A stretch of DNA of 64,000 nucleotides from Alphaproteobacteria bacterium (GCA_028285105.1 JANQQE010000015.1:85881-149880), one strand, 5' to 3'; counted from the first letter of the stretch, positions 39,326 through 50,114 are shown. Notes: a model not told the origin generated them from the letters alone. Numbers and translations are program-made.

Positions 39326-42208
39326 CTATCCTGTAAATGCGGCTTGGAATGCGGCAAAATCGGTGAGGTCGATCTCGCTGTTGCTGTCAGCATCGAAACA
39401 ATCGCACGGCGAAACGGACGAGTCTGCCCCCGGACCCAGCAGGCAGTTTACGAATTCCGCAAGATCGGCGTCATCCACATCACCGTCGATATCGTGGTCG
39501 CCGCCACCGGGAACGCAACTGGCGACGATGCATTCGATGTCGAATATCTCGAAATCGTCGATACCGGCTTCCACCACGGACTGTGTTCCAATGTCTTCAG
39601 CTATAAATCGTATGCGGAACTGATTCGACGCCGAAATGGCATACGCCCTTTCAAACCAGCCGCCGCTGATTTGCGGATTTTCGTCTGCTGTTGTCGGGCC
39701 GACAATTTCAAGCGTGTTCCAACTGCTGCCACCGTTGTCCGAGAATTCGACAATCAATCGGTCGGTCCCTGGGCCACCGCCAGTATCGTTTGAAAACCAC
39801 CTGGCGTAGCTCACCTGCGGCGAAGTCATTGCCGACGTATCGAAGATCGGAGACGTCAGTGTCACCGAACCACTGTCAACGTCACTGTTGCAACTGTTGG
39901 CACTGCTGTTATCCGTCAACCAACACTGTCCGGAACCGTCGAAGTCGGCAGGCGGATCGCCGCGATCGCAATTGACCGGCGTACCCCGCGTCCACGGTCC
40001 GTCGCCCGCCGCATCGGTGGTAGTCCACCCATTGTCACTCTCGAAATTTTCAGCGACTTGCGTGATCAATGATGTCGCAACAAATGCGGAATAGGTTTCG
40101 CCGGGAGCATTCACCGGATCTTGAACATCGCCACATGTGGCCGAGGTTGAAACAAAGTATTCAATGGTCTCGCCGCAATCGGCGGCTGGCAATTCCGCCT
40201 CGTATGCGATTCCACCAACCGATACCAACGGCGATGTGCTAAACGGACCTGTGCTTCCCACCCGGTAATGCAAGTCTGCCGAAACTGCGACGCTGGAATC
40301 AATCGTCACTTCCAAGGTTGTCGTTTGATTTGCATCAACGAGTGCAGGGCGACCCACCGGGTAATCGATGGTCACCGAATCGAACGCGGGACAATCCATA
40401 TTGTGGACACCGAAGCCCGCGCAGATTTCCGCACAGTGCGGGGTGCCGTTGAATATGTCGGCATCGTCGTCGTCGAGCGTCAAGTAATCGATCGTGATTT
40501 GCGGCGTGACCGTCGAACCGCTGTGGAGCGGCATGGCGTTGATCGCCAGCGGCGCGAGGATATCCATATAGTTTCCGGGATTTGTCGCAGCCAACTCATT
40601 TCGAGTACTCCAAACGCAGCCGGACAACAGCGTACCGCAGAAGTGAACACCGCCACTGCATGGATACTGCATGGTGTTGTCGCCGTCGCGAAGGGGCGCA
40701 TTGCAGTCGCCAAAGAATCCGTAACCGGTTCCCGACACGTCCTGAATGATCATCGAAACCGTGTCGCCCATTCCCTCGCCGTATTGGCCCTGGCCACTGC
40801 CGGCAACCTGAACGAGGTGATGACCGTACTCGTGGTAAATGACGCTGCTCCATGATGTGTTCGGGTGGCCGTCACCTGCGGCGCAAAAACGCAGGTTATT
40901 ACCCTGGTACTGGGCGTTGCCGGGGCAAAAGCTATTGGCACCTTCGTTGACGGTAATGCTGTACTGCGTTTGGCCACCAATGACCGGATAGGCCGGATTG
41001 ATGTCCAACACAAAATCGCGGACGACATTGGAGAAATAGTAAGCGTTGACCTCACCCCTCCTGTACTCATCGTTCACGGTATTAAATTCGAAATTGACCG
41101 GTCCGGGTGGCGTAACGACAGACGAAAGTGTGGACTCGTCGCCGTCGAGCGAATTGTCCCCGTTGTACGTAAACACCTCAAAGAACTCGCCGCGAACGGC
41201 CGAATCGACCGTCACGTCTGAACTTCCGGCATTGGGAATCGTGAAATCGCCGTTGACATCCGCGAAGACTTCTGTACCGCCGATGCTCGCTGCCGCATAG
41301 GACATCGGTGTCAGAACTTCGGCTTCGCATTGTTCGGAGCCCACGCCTTCCGTAATGAAACCGCTGACATTTCCATCGACGTCAATCTCCAGGATTTGGT
41401 CTTCCTTAAAGAGGATCTTCCCGGTATTGATGTCGACGACGAACAACCATTTGGAATCGATTCCATCGGCTGCGGGAATGTTGTCTGCCGTGAACGTCAA
41501 CGCCAACTGTGGCAAAGCCTTGACATCGTCGTACCCGGCCCAAATCACTGGCTGAGCCTTGGTGAAGTTCACCAATGATGCATCGAACGCAAGCACGGTT
41601 TCCTTCGCTGCATCTAACCGTGCGGCCACATAAGCTTGATCGCCAATGCGGTTACGCTCATTGTCTTGGATGGAGAAGGTGCCGAGATCCTTGACCGCAG
41701 ACGTTGCGCTGACCATCGGAAAGTCACCCTCATTGCGGACGAGCAGGCGCAAGTCGCTTCGAAACACCGGAATCTGACCATCCATCTGCCGATAATGAAC
41801 AAGCGTGAATTTGTAAGTTCCCGTCTGGCGATCATACATCAACGGTTGAATGCTCGGCGCATCTTCAATCCGATTCTGGGGAGCGAGTCGTCTTGATTCG
41901 GTCCCAAGCATGCGGGCATGGTCCAGACGAAAGCGCTCTGCGGAACTGATCGCAGATGTACCCCTTGAAAACGCCGCTCCATAAATCTTCTGAACGTCGC
42001 CATCATGTTTAACAATGACGGCCGCCGGGTTTTCTTGTACGAACCGGGTTTCGGCTTCCAATCGCATCTGGCGATGCAATTGCAAGTCCAACCGATCTTT
42101 CTTGGGGAGCCCGTCCGGTGTCGTTTGTGCCTCAGCACCGGTAAGACCGAAGCTCAAGAGCGAAATGGCTACGATGAATCGACGATTTGCTTTCCTCACG
42201 CTTTGCAC
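39326..42208 (-). CDS. Secreted zinc metalloprotease (M4/M36-like) with Ig-like, MAM-like and dockerin-like domains
   Basis: Signal peptide, FTP/PepSY-like propeptide (VDINTGKIL), HEYGH plus EGMGD ligand, GVHFCG; start may be GTG 42199. Confidence 0.82.
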   Translation of the reverse strand: MQSVRKANRRFIVAISLLSFGLTGAEAQTTPDGLPKKDRLDLQLHRQMRLEAETRFVQENPAAVIVKHDGDVQKIYGAAFSRGTSAISSAERFRLDHARMLGTESRRLAPQNRIEDAPSIQPLMYDRQTGTYKFTLVHYRQMDGQIPVFRSDLRLLVRNEGDFPMVSATSAVKDLGTFSIQDNERNRIGDQAYVAARLDAAKETVLAFDASLVNFTKAQPVIWAGYDDVKALPQLALTFTADNIPAADGIDSKWLFVVDINTGKILFKEDQILEIDVDGNVSGFITEGVGSEQCEAEVLTPMSYAAASIGGTEVFADVNGDFTIPNAGSSDVTVDSAVRGEFFEVFTYNGDNSLDGDESTLSSVVTPPGPVNFEFNTVNDEYRRGEVNAYYFSNVVRDFVLDINPAYPVIGGQTQYSITVNEGANSFCPGNAQYQGNNLRFCAAGDGHPNTSWSSVIYHEYGHHLVQVAGSGQGQYGEGMGDTVSMIIQDVSGTGYGFFGDCNAPLRDGDNTMQYPCSGGVHFCGTLLSGCVWSTRNELAATNPGNYMDILAPLAINAMPLHSGSTVTPQITIDYLTLDDDDADIFNGTPHCAEICAGFGVHNMDCPAFDSVTIDYPVGRPALVDANQTTTLEVTIDSSVAVSADLHYRVGSTGPFSTSPLVSVGGIAYEAELPAADCGETIEYFVSTSATCGDVQDPVNAPGETYSAFVATSLITQVAENFESDNGWTTTDAAGDGPWTRGTPVNCDRGDPPADFDGSGQCWLTDNSSANSCNSDVDSGSVTLTSPIFDTSAMTSPQVSYARWFSNDTGGGPGTDRLIVEFSDNGGSSWNTLEIVGPTTADENPQISGGWFERAYAISASNQFRIRFIAEDIGTQSVVEAGIDDFEIFDIECIVASCVPGGGDHDIDGDVDDADLAEFVNCLLGPGADSSVSPCDCFDADSNSEIDLTDFAAFQAAFTG

Positions 42209-42513
42209 TCCTCCAGAAGATTCTGGTCACTACCGATTCTAATTTGGACCAATTTTTTTTTGTGAATGCGCGGTGGCCACACCCATTGAAACCACCGTCG
42301 ACTGGTTGATTGTGCTACCTGCTATACATCAAAGAGTAAGGGAACGCACAAGCCGATTCAACATATGTCCGTACTATGTCATTTGCGTGCCGCCGGTATG
42401 TCTAACGAAGAGGGAACACATTTCTCGCGAACCCGCATTCAAGTCGATCGTCCGAGAACAAAGTATTCAGCGCATGGTGGCATCGCAACAGAATGCACTC
42501 AGATTGGTTCTAA

Positions 42514-43608
42514 TCAAATTCCGCGCTTTGTAATGAGGTACACCGCGAAACTCCCCAACCAATGTCCGCCTTCGTAATTTTCTCCGGTTGTTGCTGCGAT
42601 CCCGACGTCGCGATGCAAACGCGCAGCAGACTGCAAGATGGGAATACGCGAATCGGTTTGGGGAAGTCCCAAGACGATTCCCTCCAGCATCCACGCACGG
42701 GATAGATTCAACCCATCAAGGTGCGCAAGTTTGCCGTCTGATTTGTCTGCAACGATTCCAGGCTTGAGCCAATCCGGTTTGGTCGTCGCATGCAGTTCCG
42801 GCAGAAACCCGCTGAGCCACTTTGCGAACTCGCTCGGCTTTATCACCCGCCGCATCAAATCGGCCTCCGCGATGATCGGGGATAGAAACGCTTGACCGTC
42901 CGGCTCGAATGCCAGGTTTGCGGCTCGATCTGCGAGATAGAAATCCTTTGCCCTTTGGACAATCAGCGCTTCCATCTCGGCGTCTGCGCTCGAACGCGCC
43001 CAGTCCAAAACCAGTCCCAAAGCAAAAGCTGTTTGACTGTGTTCGCCCGTCCGGACAGGATGCGTGAGTTTTGGAAGCCACGTCTTGAAACGGTTCGCAG
43101 TTTCTTTTTCAAGCGGTTGGAATGTCTTGGACCATGTTTTGGCTTGCGGATGATCCCATTCGCGAAGTTCGGCTGCCAATTGCAGGAACCACGCCAAACC
43201 GTAAGGGCGCTCAAATGTGCCACGCCCTTCCGCACAAATATACGACAACTCCGCAGCAACCTTCTCGGCTGTGAAACTTTCCGCCAGTGCATCCATCGCC
43301 CGCGGAACAAAAGCCGCATTCGGATAAGTTCTGCAAAGTCGAACCAAAAGCCAATGGCCGTGAACGGCTGAATGCCAATCAAAACAGCCGTAAAAGACCG
43401 GCGTCAATTCCCGGGGTGTCCCGGCGTCATTCGGCGACGACATGACATGCGAAATTTTGTTTGGATACTCACGATGAACGCAATCTAGGGCGAGATGTGC
43501 AAACCGTTCTACGGATTCGAGAGGAACACCGGGTGGCTGCTCTGCAAAAGCACCAAAGGGAATCGAGAGTATTGCAGCGATCAGCGCGCGCATTCGCATG
43601 GCGATCAT
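42514..43608 (-). CDS. DUF2891 family protein
   Basis: EYPNK, FYGCFDWHSAVHGHW, FERPYGLAW, HLDGLNLSRAW, YEGGHWLGSFA. Confidence 0.9.
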   Translation of the reverse strand: MIAMRMRALIAAILSIPFGAFAEQPPGVPLESVERFAHLALDCVHREYPNKISHVMSSPNDAGTPRELTPVFYGCFDWHSAVHGHWLLVRLCRTYPNAAFVPRAMDALAESFTAEKVAAELSYICAEGRGTFERPYGLAWFLQLAAELREWDHPQAKTWSKTFQPLEKETANRFKTWLPKLTHPVRTGEHSQTAFALGLVLDWARSSADAEMEALIVQRAKDFYLADRAANLAFEPDGQAFLSPIIAEADLMRRVIKPSEFAKWLSGFLPELHATTKPDWLKPGIVADKSDGKLAHLDGLNLSRAWMLEGIVLGLPQTDSRIPILQSAARLHRDVGIAATTGENYEGGHWLGSFAVYLITKRGI

Positions 43609-43643
43609 CCTTGATCGGTGTCAATTGGATTTCGACCCACGAC

Positions 43644-45884
43644 CTATGGACCGACCAACCCCATTTCCCAAGCCGTGAAATCTTCGGCATCGATGTCGCC
43701 GTCGAGATCGATGTCGGCTGCGACGCAGGCATTCGATTCCAACGGACCGTAAAGCGCCGGGAAGCAGGTACACGAACCATGTCCGGTATAGCACTGCTGC
43801 AACAGGGCGAAGTCTTCGAGGTCTACGAATCCGTCGTTGGTCAGATCCGGCGATTGCGGATCGCATTGTGCCTGCGTGACCAGCACGTCATCGATCGCCA
43901 CCTCAACGATGTCGCCGCTTGCGGGTCCGTCAGTGGCTGATATACGCAAACGCATCTGGCTGGTCGGTGTGACAAAATCGCTGACCATGAACTGCACAAG
44001 TTCCCAGCCGCCCGCACCCGGTGACAGAGATTCAATGGTGGTCCAATTGCCGCCATCGTCGTTGGAAATTTCGGCTGCGTACCCATCGTCTCCACCGGGG
44101 TCGCGTTCGAAGAACCAGCGATAGAACGACACTTGCGCGTCGCCGCTGGACAGATCGAAGACCGGGGACGTGACGAACACCGTTCCGCTATCCACGTCGT
44201 CGAACCCCAACGATCCCCCACTATTCGTGGCTGTATACATACAGAATCCCACCCCGGTTGGTGTGTGATCGTTTTCAGGCTGAGCGCCGGTGCCTATCGG
44301 ATCTCCCCGGACAAACGTTCCGGTCGAGGCAGTATCCGGTCCGGTCGTCCATCCCTCGTCGTTATCGAATTCGTCTGCAAAAACAATGTTTGACGAATCG
44401 GCAACGGATGCCGTGTACACATTTGAAGGTGCATCGGGCGGATCGGTTACGACCAGACCGGCTTCGGTTTCGGCACTGAAGTAATACGCAACTTCCTGCC
44501 CGCACAATGCCGGGGGAAGCGACGTCATGTATTCGTCGGGTCCATTTGAGGTCATTGCGACGGCGACGAATCCGCCACCCAAATCGTAATGCAGCATACC
44601 GGTGTCGGATTTGTGAACGCCGTTGCAACGACCTGACAAATTCACCGTAATATCTGACGAGGTTGCTGGCGCAAGCGATTGCGGAAGCGGTGATGCATAT
44701 TCAAATTCAAGAACGCCAAGAAGATCGCTCGCAGCCAGTGCATCGCTGACATCCAGCACAAACAGACCGCGATCGATATCGCTGACGATGACAGACCCGC
44801 TCGGAAAATACGGGTAGTTGCTCCACGCTCCGTCGAAATTTACGAAATCGTTTTCCGGATGCGTGTCGTAGAAACCGACTTCAACCGGTGCGGTGGGATT
44901 CGCAATGTTAATGACCCTCAAGCCCGAACTGTAGTTGGCTTGGAACATGACGCATTCGTCGATGTAAAGATTGTGATCGCGCGATTGCAATCCGGTTGTG
45001 AAAGTTCCTTGAAACTGTGGATTCGACAAGTCCTCGATATTGAAAATCATTGTGCGCGTTGTGGGCACGCCCGGATCACCTTCATCCAATTCGTCGTTGA
45101 CGTAGAGGTATTTTCGATCGGGTGTTGTCCAACCCTGATGGCAATAGTCAACGGCTGGGTAGGCTGTGCGCGACATCAAAAACATGTTGCTCTTGTCGGT
45201 CACGTCTAATATATCCACGCCGCGACCTTCGCTGAAACCGAACAGGATTTCTCTGCCAGCGTATTGCCCATCCGTGTACGTAATGATATGGGCATCATGA
45301 TGATATGCCGATGACGCTTCGTTCCAGCGACCGGCTTCAGGTGGATTAACCGGATCGACATTCAAGTCATAAGCAACCGGTGCCCCACCGTTGATGGTTG
45401 CGCCGGCGAGGTACAGAAATCCGCTGTCGGTATTGATTGCAACGTTATGGCTGTCCGAAACGCCACTCGTTGTGAATCGGTTCACCAGAGTGACGTTGCC
45501 ATTGTCAACGTCGATCAAATCGATCACATCGACCCCACCACCGGTTTCATTGACGACATACGCGTAATTGCCAAACGTCTTTACGTCGCACCAGTCGCTG
45601 GTCGAGTGACTGACCGAACCGACGATAACCGGATTAAACGGATCTGTAATTTCGACTACGATGAGCTTTGTGGTCACGCCCATCAATGCGTACTCTCGAC
45701 CGGAAGGCGAAACATAACCCCAACTGTCGCATCCCGCGCCGGCTGTCAGGTCGGCAAGGTCAAGCCAGGACTGCTGCGAAACGTTGAGGCTTTGAAATTG
45801 AGCTTGGGCTCGACTTTGCGAGATCAGCCCAATGAGGACAAAAATAAATACGCTTGTTCTGCTCAGTGAAAAATAGTGGTGCAT
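43644..45884 (-). CDS. Choice-of-anchor B/LVIVD-repeat secreted protein with MAM-like and dockerin-like C-terminus
   Basis: WGYVSPSGREYA, SHNV, HQGW, DELDE, HNLY, ANYSSGLRV, GAWSNYPYFPSG. Confidence 0.85.
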   Translation of the reverse strand: MHHYFSLSRTSVFIFVLIGLISQSRAQAQFQSLNVSQQSWLDLADLTAGAGCDSWGYVSPSGREYALMGVTTKLIVVEITDPFNPVIVGSVSHSTSDWCDVKTFGNYAYVVNETGGGVDVIDLIDVDNGNVTLVNRFTTSGVSDSHNVAINTDSGFLYLAGATINGGAPVAYDLNVDPVNPPEAGRWNEASSAYHHDAHIITYTDGQYAGREILFGFSEGRGVDILDVTDKSNMFLMSRTAYPAVDYCHQGWTTPDRKYLYVNDELDEGDPGVPTTRTMIFNIEDLSNPQFQGTFTTGLQSRDHNLYIDECVMFQANYSSGLRVINIANPTAPVEVGFYDTHPENDFVNFDGAWSNYPYFPSGSVIVSDIDRGLFVLDVSDALAASDLLGVLEFEYASPLPQSLAPATSSDITVNLSGRCNGVHKSDTGMLHYDLGGGFVAVAMTSNGPDEYMTSLPPALCGQEVAYYFSAETEAGLVVTDPPDAPSNVYTASVADSSNIVFADEFDNDEGWTTGPDTASTGTFVRGDPIGTGAQPENDHTPTGVGFCMYTATNSGGSLGFDDVDSGTVFVTSPVFDLSSGDAQVSFYRWFFERDPGGDDGYAAEISNDDGGNWTTIESLSPGAGGWELVQFMVSDFVTPTSQMRLRISATDGPASGDIVEVAIDDVLVTQAQCDPQSPDLTNDGFVDLEDFALLQQCYTGHGSCTCFPALYGPLESNACVAADIDLDGDIDAEDFTAWEMGLVGP

Positions 45885-46152
45885 TCAATAAACCTTTTTT
45901 GGTTGAGTCACTCTTGGTCAAGTCACTGCGATTCGGCAGCGAAACCGAAATTTGGTAACGGTGGCGATAACCGATGGATCGGTTGCGCACAACCGATGGG
46001 CTTTTGCAAGATCGAACGCTGAGTATACCACCGATTGGGCCGGTCCTTCAAACATTCAAAACATGTTGGAGTTGCGTCTGAATTGTGTTCGCCTTGACCC
46101 GTCTGCCGAAGAACTCGTAACATCGATGGTTAGGCCAAAGCGTCGAATAGCA

Positions 46153-47370
46153 ATGATTCAAGTGTTCAACATATCCAAAACTCGTTCGCGCCTCATTCCG
46201 ATAAGCGGATTCGTCCTTGCGTTGGCGATGGCATCGAATGCCGTTTGGGCGCATTTCTTCGTCGAACAGCGCGATCGTGTAGGACCGTCGCCGCAAGTTC
46301 CCGGTCATGGTTGGTTTGCGGAAATGTTTCTCAACATTCCGGACGGTTCGGCGATCACCCTGCTCAACGCCGAAATCTACGTTGCAGACAAATCGCCGGA
46401 TTTTACCTTTCGCACGACCTACATCGACTTTCCCGCCGGGCCAATCGACGGCAAACTCGATACGGAATTCGCGACCATTGGCGAGTTTCTGGACGACTAC
46501 GTTACCGATGTTTCCGATCCCTCAATGCTCGACGAACCGTTCGGCAATTTCGTGATTCGATTCAACGGGCTGCTGAACGTCCAGTTGCGCGACAGTTCGT
46601 TTGAACAATACGGGTTGCCGTTGTTGGTCGATTTTGCAACGCAAGCCCACGGTGGATACCGGACAAAAATTGGCACGACATCCATCTACCGCGTTCAGAA
46701 CTCTGCGTTCGTCGGCTCTCCGTTCATGACGGAAAACGCCGTCCTCTTGGGCCTTGGCCTTTTTCCAATTCAAATCACGTACGCGCAACAATTTGACCCG
46801 ACCAACGCAGCCGGAAACGAGATGGCGGGTGTTGAACTCTACAGTTGGCATCCCAATGGATTGCCCTGGCCGGCAGGTGCTGCAATGAACCATCCCATGT
46901 TCGGCGACATGACTGTCACCAGCCCCAACGTGATTTACCAACCCGACCAGATTCCGGTCCCTGCCAAGGGTGATTTTAATGGCGACTCGCGCTGCGACAT
47001 TCGGGACATGCAGGCCTTGCAGGAATGCTTCAGCGGTGATGGCGTTGACGTGATTTCAGATTCCGGCGATCCCGCATGTCTCAACTTCGATTTCGATGAC
47101 GATGGCGACGTGGACCTGAGTGATTCGCAACTCTTCGGACTCACCCTCGCCGGACCGGATTCGTTTCCGTATCAAAAGGGTGACTACACGACCAATCTTG
47201 TGATCGATCTGGAAGACTTCCAATGGCTGCAATCGTGCTTTTCGATCGGTGGCGAGGATGAACGGGGTTCGCTTCCGACTGGTTGCGAATGGATGGATTT
47301 TGATGACAACGGCGTTGTCAATTTGTTCGATTTTGATTTTTTCCAAGCGTCGTTGCCGGTAATAAATTGA
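46153..47370 (+). CDS. Secreted hypothetical protein (PA14-like beta domain possible) with two dockerin-like modules
   Basis: Signal peptide ending AVWA; GDFNGDSRCDIRD..C..FDFDDDGDVDLSD and GDYTTNLVIDLED..C..DFDDNGVVNLFD. Confidence 0.7.
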   Translation: MIQVFNISKTRSRLIPISGFVLALAMASNAVWAHFFVEQRDRVGPSPQVPGHGWFAEMFLNIPDGSAITLLNAEIYVADKSPDFTFRTTYIDFPAGPIDGKLDTEFATIGEFLDDYVTDVSDPSMLDEPFGNFVIRFNGLLNVQLRDSSFEQYGLPLLVDFATQAHGGYRTKIGTTSIYRVQNSAFVGSPFMTENAVLLGLGLFPIQITYAQQFDPTNAAGNEMAGVELYSWHPNGLPWPAGAAMNHPMFGDMTVTSPNVIYQPDQIPVPAKGDFNGDSRCDIRDMQALQECFSGDGVDVISDSGDPACLNFDFDDDGDVDLSDSQLFGLTLAGPDSFPYQKGDYTTNLVIDLEDFQWLQSCFSIGGEDERGSLPTGCEWMDFDDNGVVNLFDFDFFQASLPVIN

Positions 47371-47543
47371 TTCCAAACACCCGCCCGATATCGAATGCCG
47401 AAGCAAGTCGCGAGATGATCGGACGTTTTCGGACGTGGCGACTACGTCACTTGTGTCGGGCGATGTCAAAGCCGTAGAATGCGTACCGGAGATTGATTTC
47501 AAGTTGACTGGCGTCCATGCCATGTCGCGAACAGGGAGAGAGA

Positions 47544-48413
47544 ATGTCCAATTCAAAATCACGCCACCGATGCATCACCATACTTACCGGGCTCTTGATT
47601 TCATATTCAAGTACGCCGCCCGCATTTGCAGGCCCAAGCCTAAATCCCCAGCCCCTGGACAGCAGCACCATGTCTGTCTCGTACAACACCACGGCTGGCG
47701 CAGTCACATACTCCGGTTTGCGTTCGCACGATGGTACCGGTCTGGGCGACATTTCCGTATTGGGTTCTGCGCCCAACATTGGAGCTTTTAGCGCGAACAA
47801 CACGTTAGGCCGACGTCCTGTCTCTGCGCAGGGTGCGAACGAAACGCTGATGCGTCACGGTTATTACAAATACGACAGCAACGGTCTGAATATCGGCGAC
47901 GAATTCTTCCCAGATCTGGTTCCTGGAGGCGATGTGACCATTGCCATTCAAAACATCCAATTCGATCGGCCGGTACAGGTTCAAGAAGACACTGCCCTTT
48001 TGCATGTGTTGTGGAACATCGATCAGGTAGACTCGCTTGGACTCAACAACCAGAATCTACCGCGCGCCTACATGAATCCGAACAACCATCACACGGTAGG
48101 CAACTTCCGGAACGTTGCTGAATTCCAAAGCAACAACATTTTCCTCGATAACCCGATCCCCAATTACAACATCGGCGACATCGTACCGGTTTTCACTCAA
48201 GAGGCACCAGACACGATCAGCGTCAATTTGACCTTTCCTTATGAACTGCTACGGCACTTTGAGGACGACGGACTGGGCGTACCGTCTGGACTTCCCGGTC
48301 CTGGCGGTTTTCTGGAACCGTTTCACTTTCATCTGGAATATCTGGTCGTGCCCGAGCCATCTGTCGGACTGCTGATGGCGCTTGGTGCGGTTGCGGTTCT
48401 TCGTCGGAAATAA
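47544..48413 (+). CDS. PEP-CTERM sorting domain protein
   Basis: Signal peptide; ends VPEPSVGLLMALGAVAVLRRK; GGGAG RBS. Confidence 0.9.
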   Translation: MSNSKSRHRCITILTGLLISYSSTPPAFAGPSLNPQPLDSSTMSVSYNTTAGAVTYSGLRSHDGTGLGDISVLGSAPNIGAFSANNTLGRRPVSAQGANETLMRHGYYKYDSNGLNIGDEFFPDLVPGGDVTIAIQNIQFDRPVQVQEDTALLHVLWNIDQVDSLGLNNQNLPRAYMNPNNHHTVGNFRNVAEFQSNNIFLDNPIPNYNIGDIVPVFTQEAPDTISVNLTFPYELLRHFEDDGLGVPSGLPGPGGFLEPFHFHLEYLVVPEPSVGLLMALGAVAVLRRK

Positions 48414-48441
48414 TATTTGGAACATCCCATCAAATGAAAAT

Positions 48442-48476
48442 AACGCGCCCACGATCGCGATAATCGTGGGCGCGTT
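48442..48476. terminator. Probable bidirectional intrinsic terminator
   Basis: Perfect 14-bp stem AACGCGCCCACGAT / ATCGTGGGCGCGTT with A/T flanks, between convergent genes. Confidence 0.8.
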
Positions 48477-48507
48477 TCAATGAATTCCAGGCTACAGGGA
48501 ATCAACC

Positions 48508-49812
48508 CTACGGATTCAAGATCGGATCGAGTATCCCACCAGCTTGGCCGGGCAAGGCAATCGCCTGGGGCGTTGAAACTTGCATAAGCACCGATGTATC
48601 GCGGTATCGCATTCGCCCGACGATCCAGATTTCAGTTCCAACCATTTCAACGCCATACCATTTGACTCGAGAATCGGGGAGTCGAAAAGTTGCGATGGTT
48701 TTTAGCTCATCCAGATCAATGAAGATCATATGGTTCCCATGAATCGCCAGAACGTATTCACCCAAGTAATAAGTGATCGACTTCAGATTCAGGTCAAGGT
48801 CGCCAGCTTCGGCAACTTCCTTCGTTGCGACATCAACCGCCAGAAATCGATGCGACTTCTGCAGGCCGTGATAGCCGTGAAGCAAAATCTCATCACCGCC
48901 ATCATTGACCGTGGCAGCATTAATATTGAGCGTGAAGCCCAACGTGTTGACATCAAATGAATCTATCTTTGCAGGCGGGATTAAACGGTGTCGATCTAGC
49001 TTTGACTCACCTCCACACCCACATGTACTCCAAAGGTCACCTTCCTGCATGAATTTGAGACGCCTGGCTCCACCGAAGTCGACCGATGCGCCCAACTCAC
49101 CCGTCGAAATGTTCACAGGATATTGCAGGAACTCATTCTCGTATTCGGTAACCCAGAGATTCTGGCCGTCGTAACCCAACTCTGAAGAAGCGTCGATCTT
49201 TAAGTCCAATTCAAATCGCTGTTCTTCACGCATGGCGAAACACCGAGAGTCAAATGGCACATCTGAGACGCGAGTTAGCACCGAAGTTTCAAGATCGCCG
49301 TTCGTTATATACAACGTGTCCTGCTCGTCGAACTCGAACTTGTATGCCTTGGGTGAACCAATTTCCTGGTCGATGATCAAGTCATCCGTACCTGAGTGAG
49401 CATAAACAGCCGTTCGGCATTCCTTGGTTTCAGTGACATCGTCAAGCAAATACATCGTGCTTGTACCGTTGCTGTCAAATTCGACGAACTGCAATTCAAA
49501 GGTGTCGTCGTATGAACTGAGTGCATACCCATCCACGTAGAGCCACGCACCAACCAAGAGCTCGGAGTTTTGCGGCACGGCGGGGTCTTCGTCGTTGATC
49601 GGATCCGGATCGGCTGGCGCCTCCCCATTGGTATCGATCGGGTCTGGATCAACCGGATCGGGCCCATTGGTATTTATAGGATCCGGAGTCGGGAATGGTT
49701 CCGGTTGTGGGCCAGGTTCGTCACCACCTTGGAATTGGCACCCGCTGCACATCGCTAGCAATAGTGCCAGCCCCGCCAACATCACGTCAGTATTTCGAAA
49801 CGTCTCTTTCAT
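48508..49812 (-). CDS. Putative lipoprotein: Pro/Asp linker, lipocalin-like domain, beta-propeller
   Basis: LAMCSGC lipobox-like, PDP/DTNG repeats, LVGAW, LGYDGQNLWV; GAGGAG RBS. Confidence 0.72.
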   Translation of the reverse strand: MKETFRNTDVMLAGLALLLAMCSGCQFQGGDEPGPQPEPFPTPDPINTNGPDPVDPDPIDTNGEAPADPDPINDEDPAVPQNSELLVGAWLYVDGYALSSYDDTFELQFVEFDSNGTSTMYLLDDVTETKECRTAVYAHSGTDDLIIDQEIGSPKAYKFEFDEQDTLYITNGDLETSVLTRVSDVPFDSRCFAMREEQRFELDLKIDASSELGYDGQNLWVTEYENEFLQYPVNISTGELGASVDFGGARRLKFMQEGDLWSTCGCGGESKLDRHRLIPPAKIDSFDVNTLGFTLNINAATVNDGGDEILLHGYHGLQKSHRFLAVDVATKEVAEAGDLDLNLKSITYYLGEYVLAIHGNHMIFIDLDELKTIATFRLPDSRVKWYGVEMVGTEIWIVGRMRYRDTSVLMQVSTPQAIALPGQAGGILDPILNP

Positions 49813-49981
49813 CGTTACAGCTCCTCGTCAATTGCTTCGGCGTTACTCGACTGAACACATCGTCATAGACATTGACCTAATCGCCATCCGATCGGTCTGT
49901 CATTCCATGCGACGAAGCGCAACGACATTCACGAAATTGTTGAATAATTTTGCATCCGGTTTGAACGAGAAAAGAATTACA

Positions 49982-50027
49982 GAAAAGGCCGCGAACCCAA
50001 GAGCCATTTTCGACTCCGGGTTCGCGG
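49982..50027 (-). terminator. Intrinsic terminator after 50115..51434
   Basis: CCGCGAACCC...GGGTTCGCGG stem followed by CCTTTTC on the minus strand. Confidence 0.6.
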
Positions 50028-50114
50028 TATGGGAACGACAGTTGCAAGTGTGATGCAGTGTTTCTGACTTGTCCGAGTTCGATCGAATCAAGATAGCTCT
50101 TTTGCTATCGCGAT

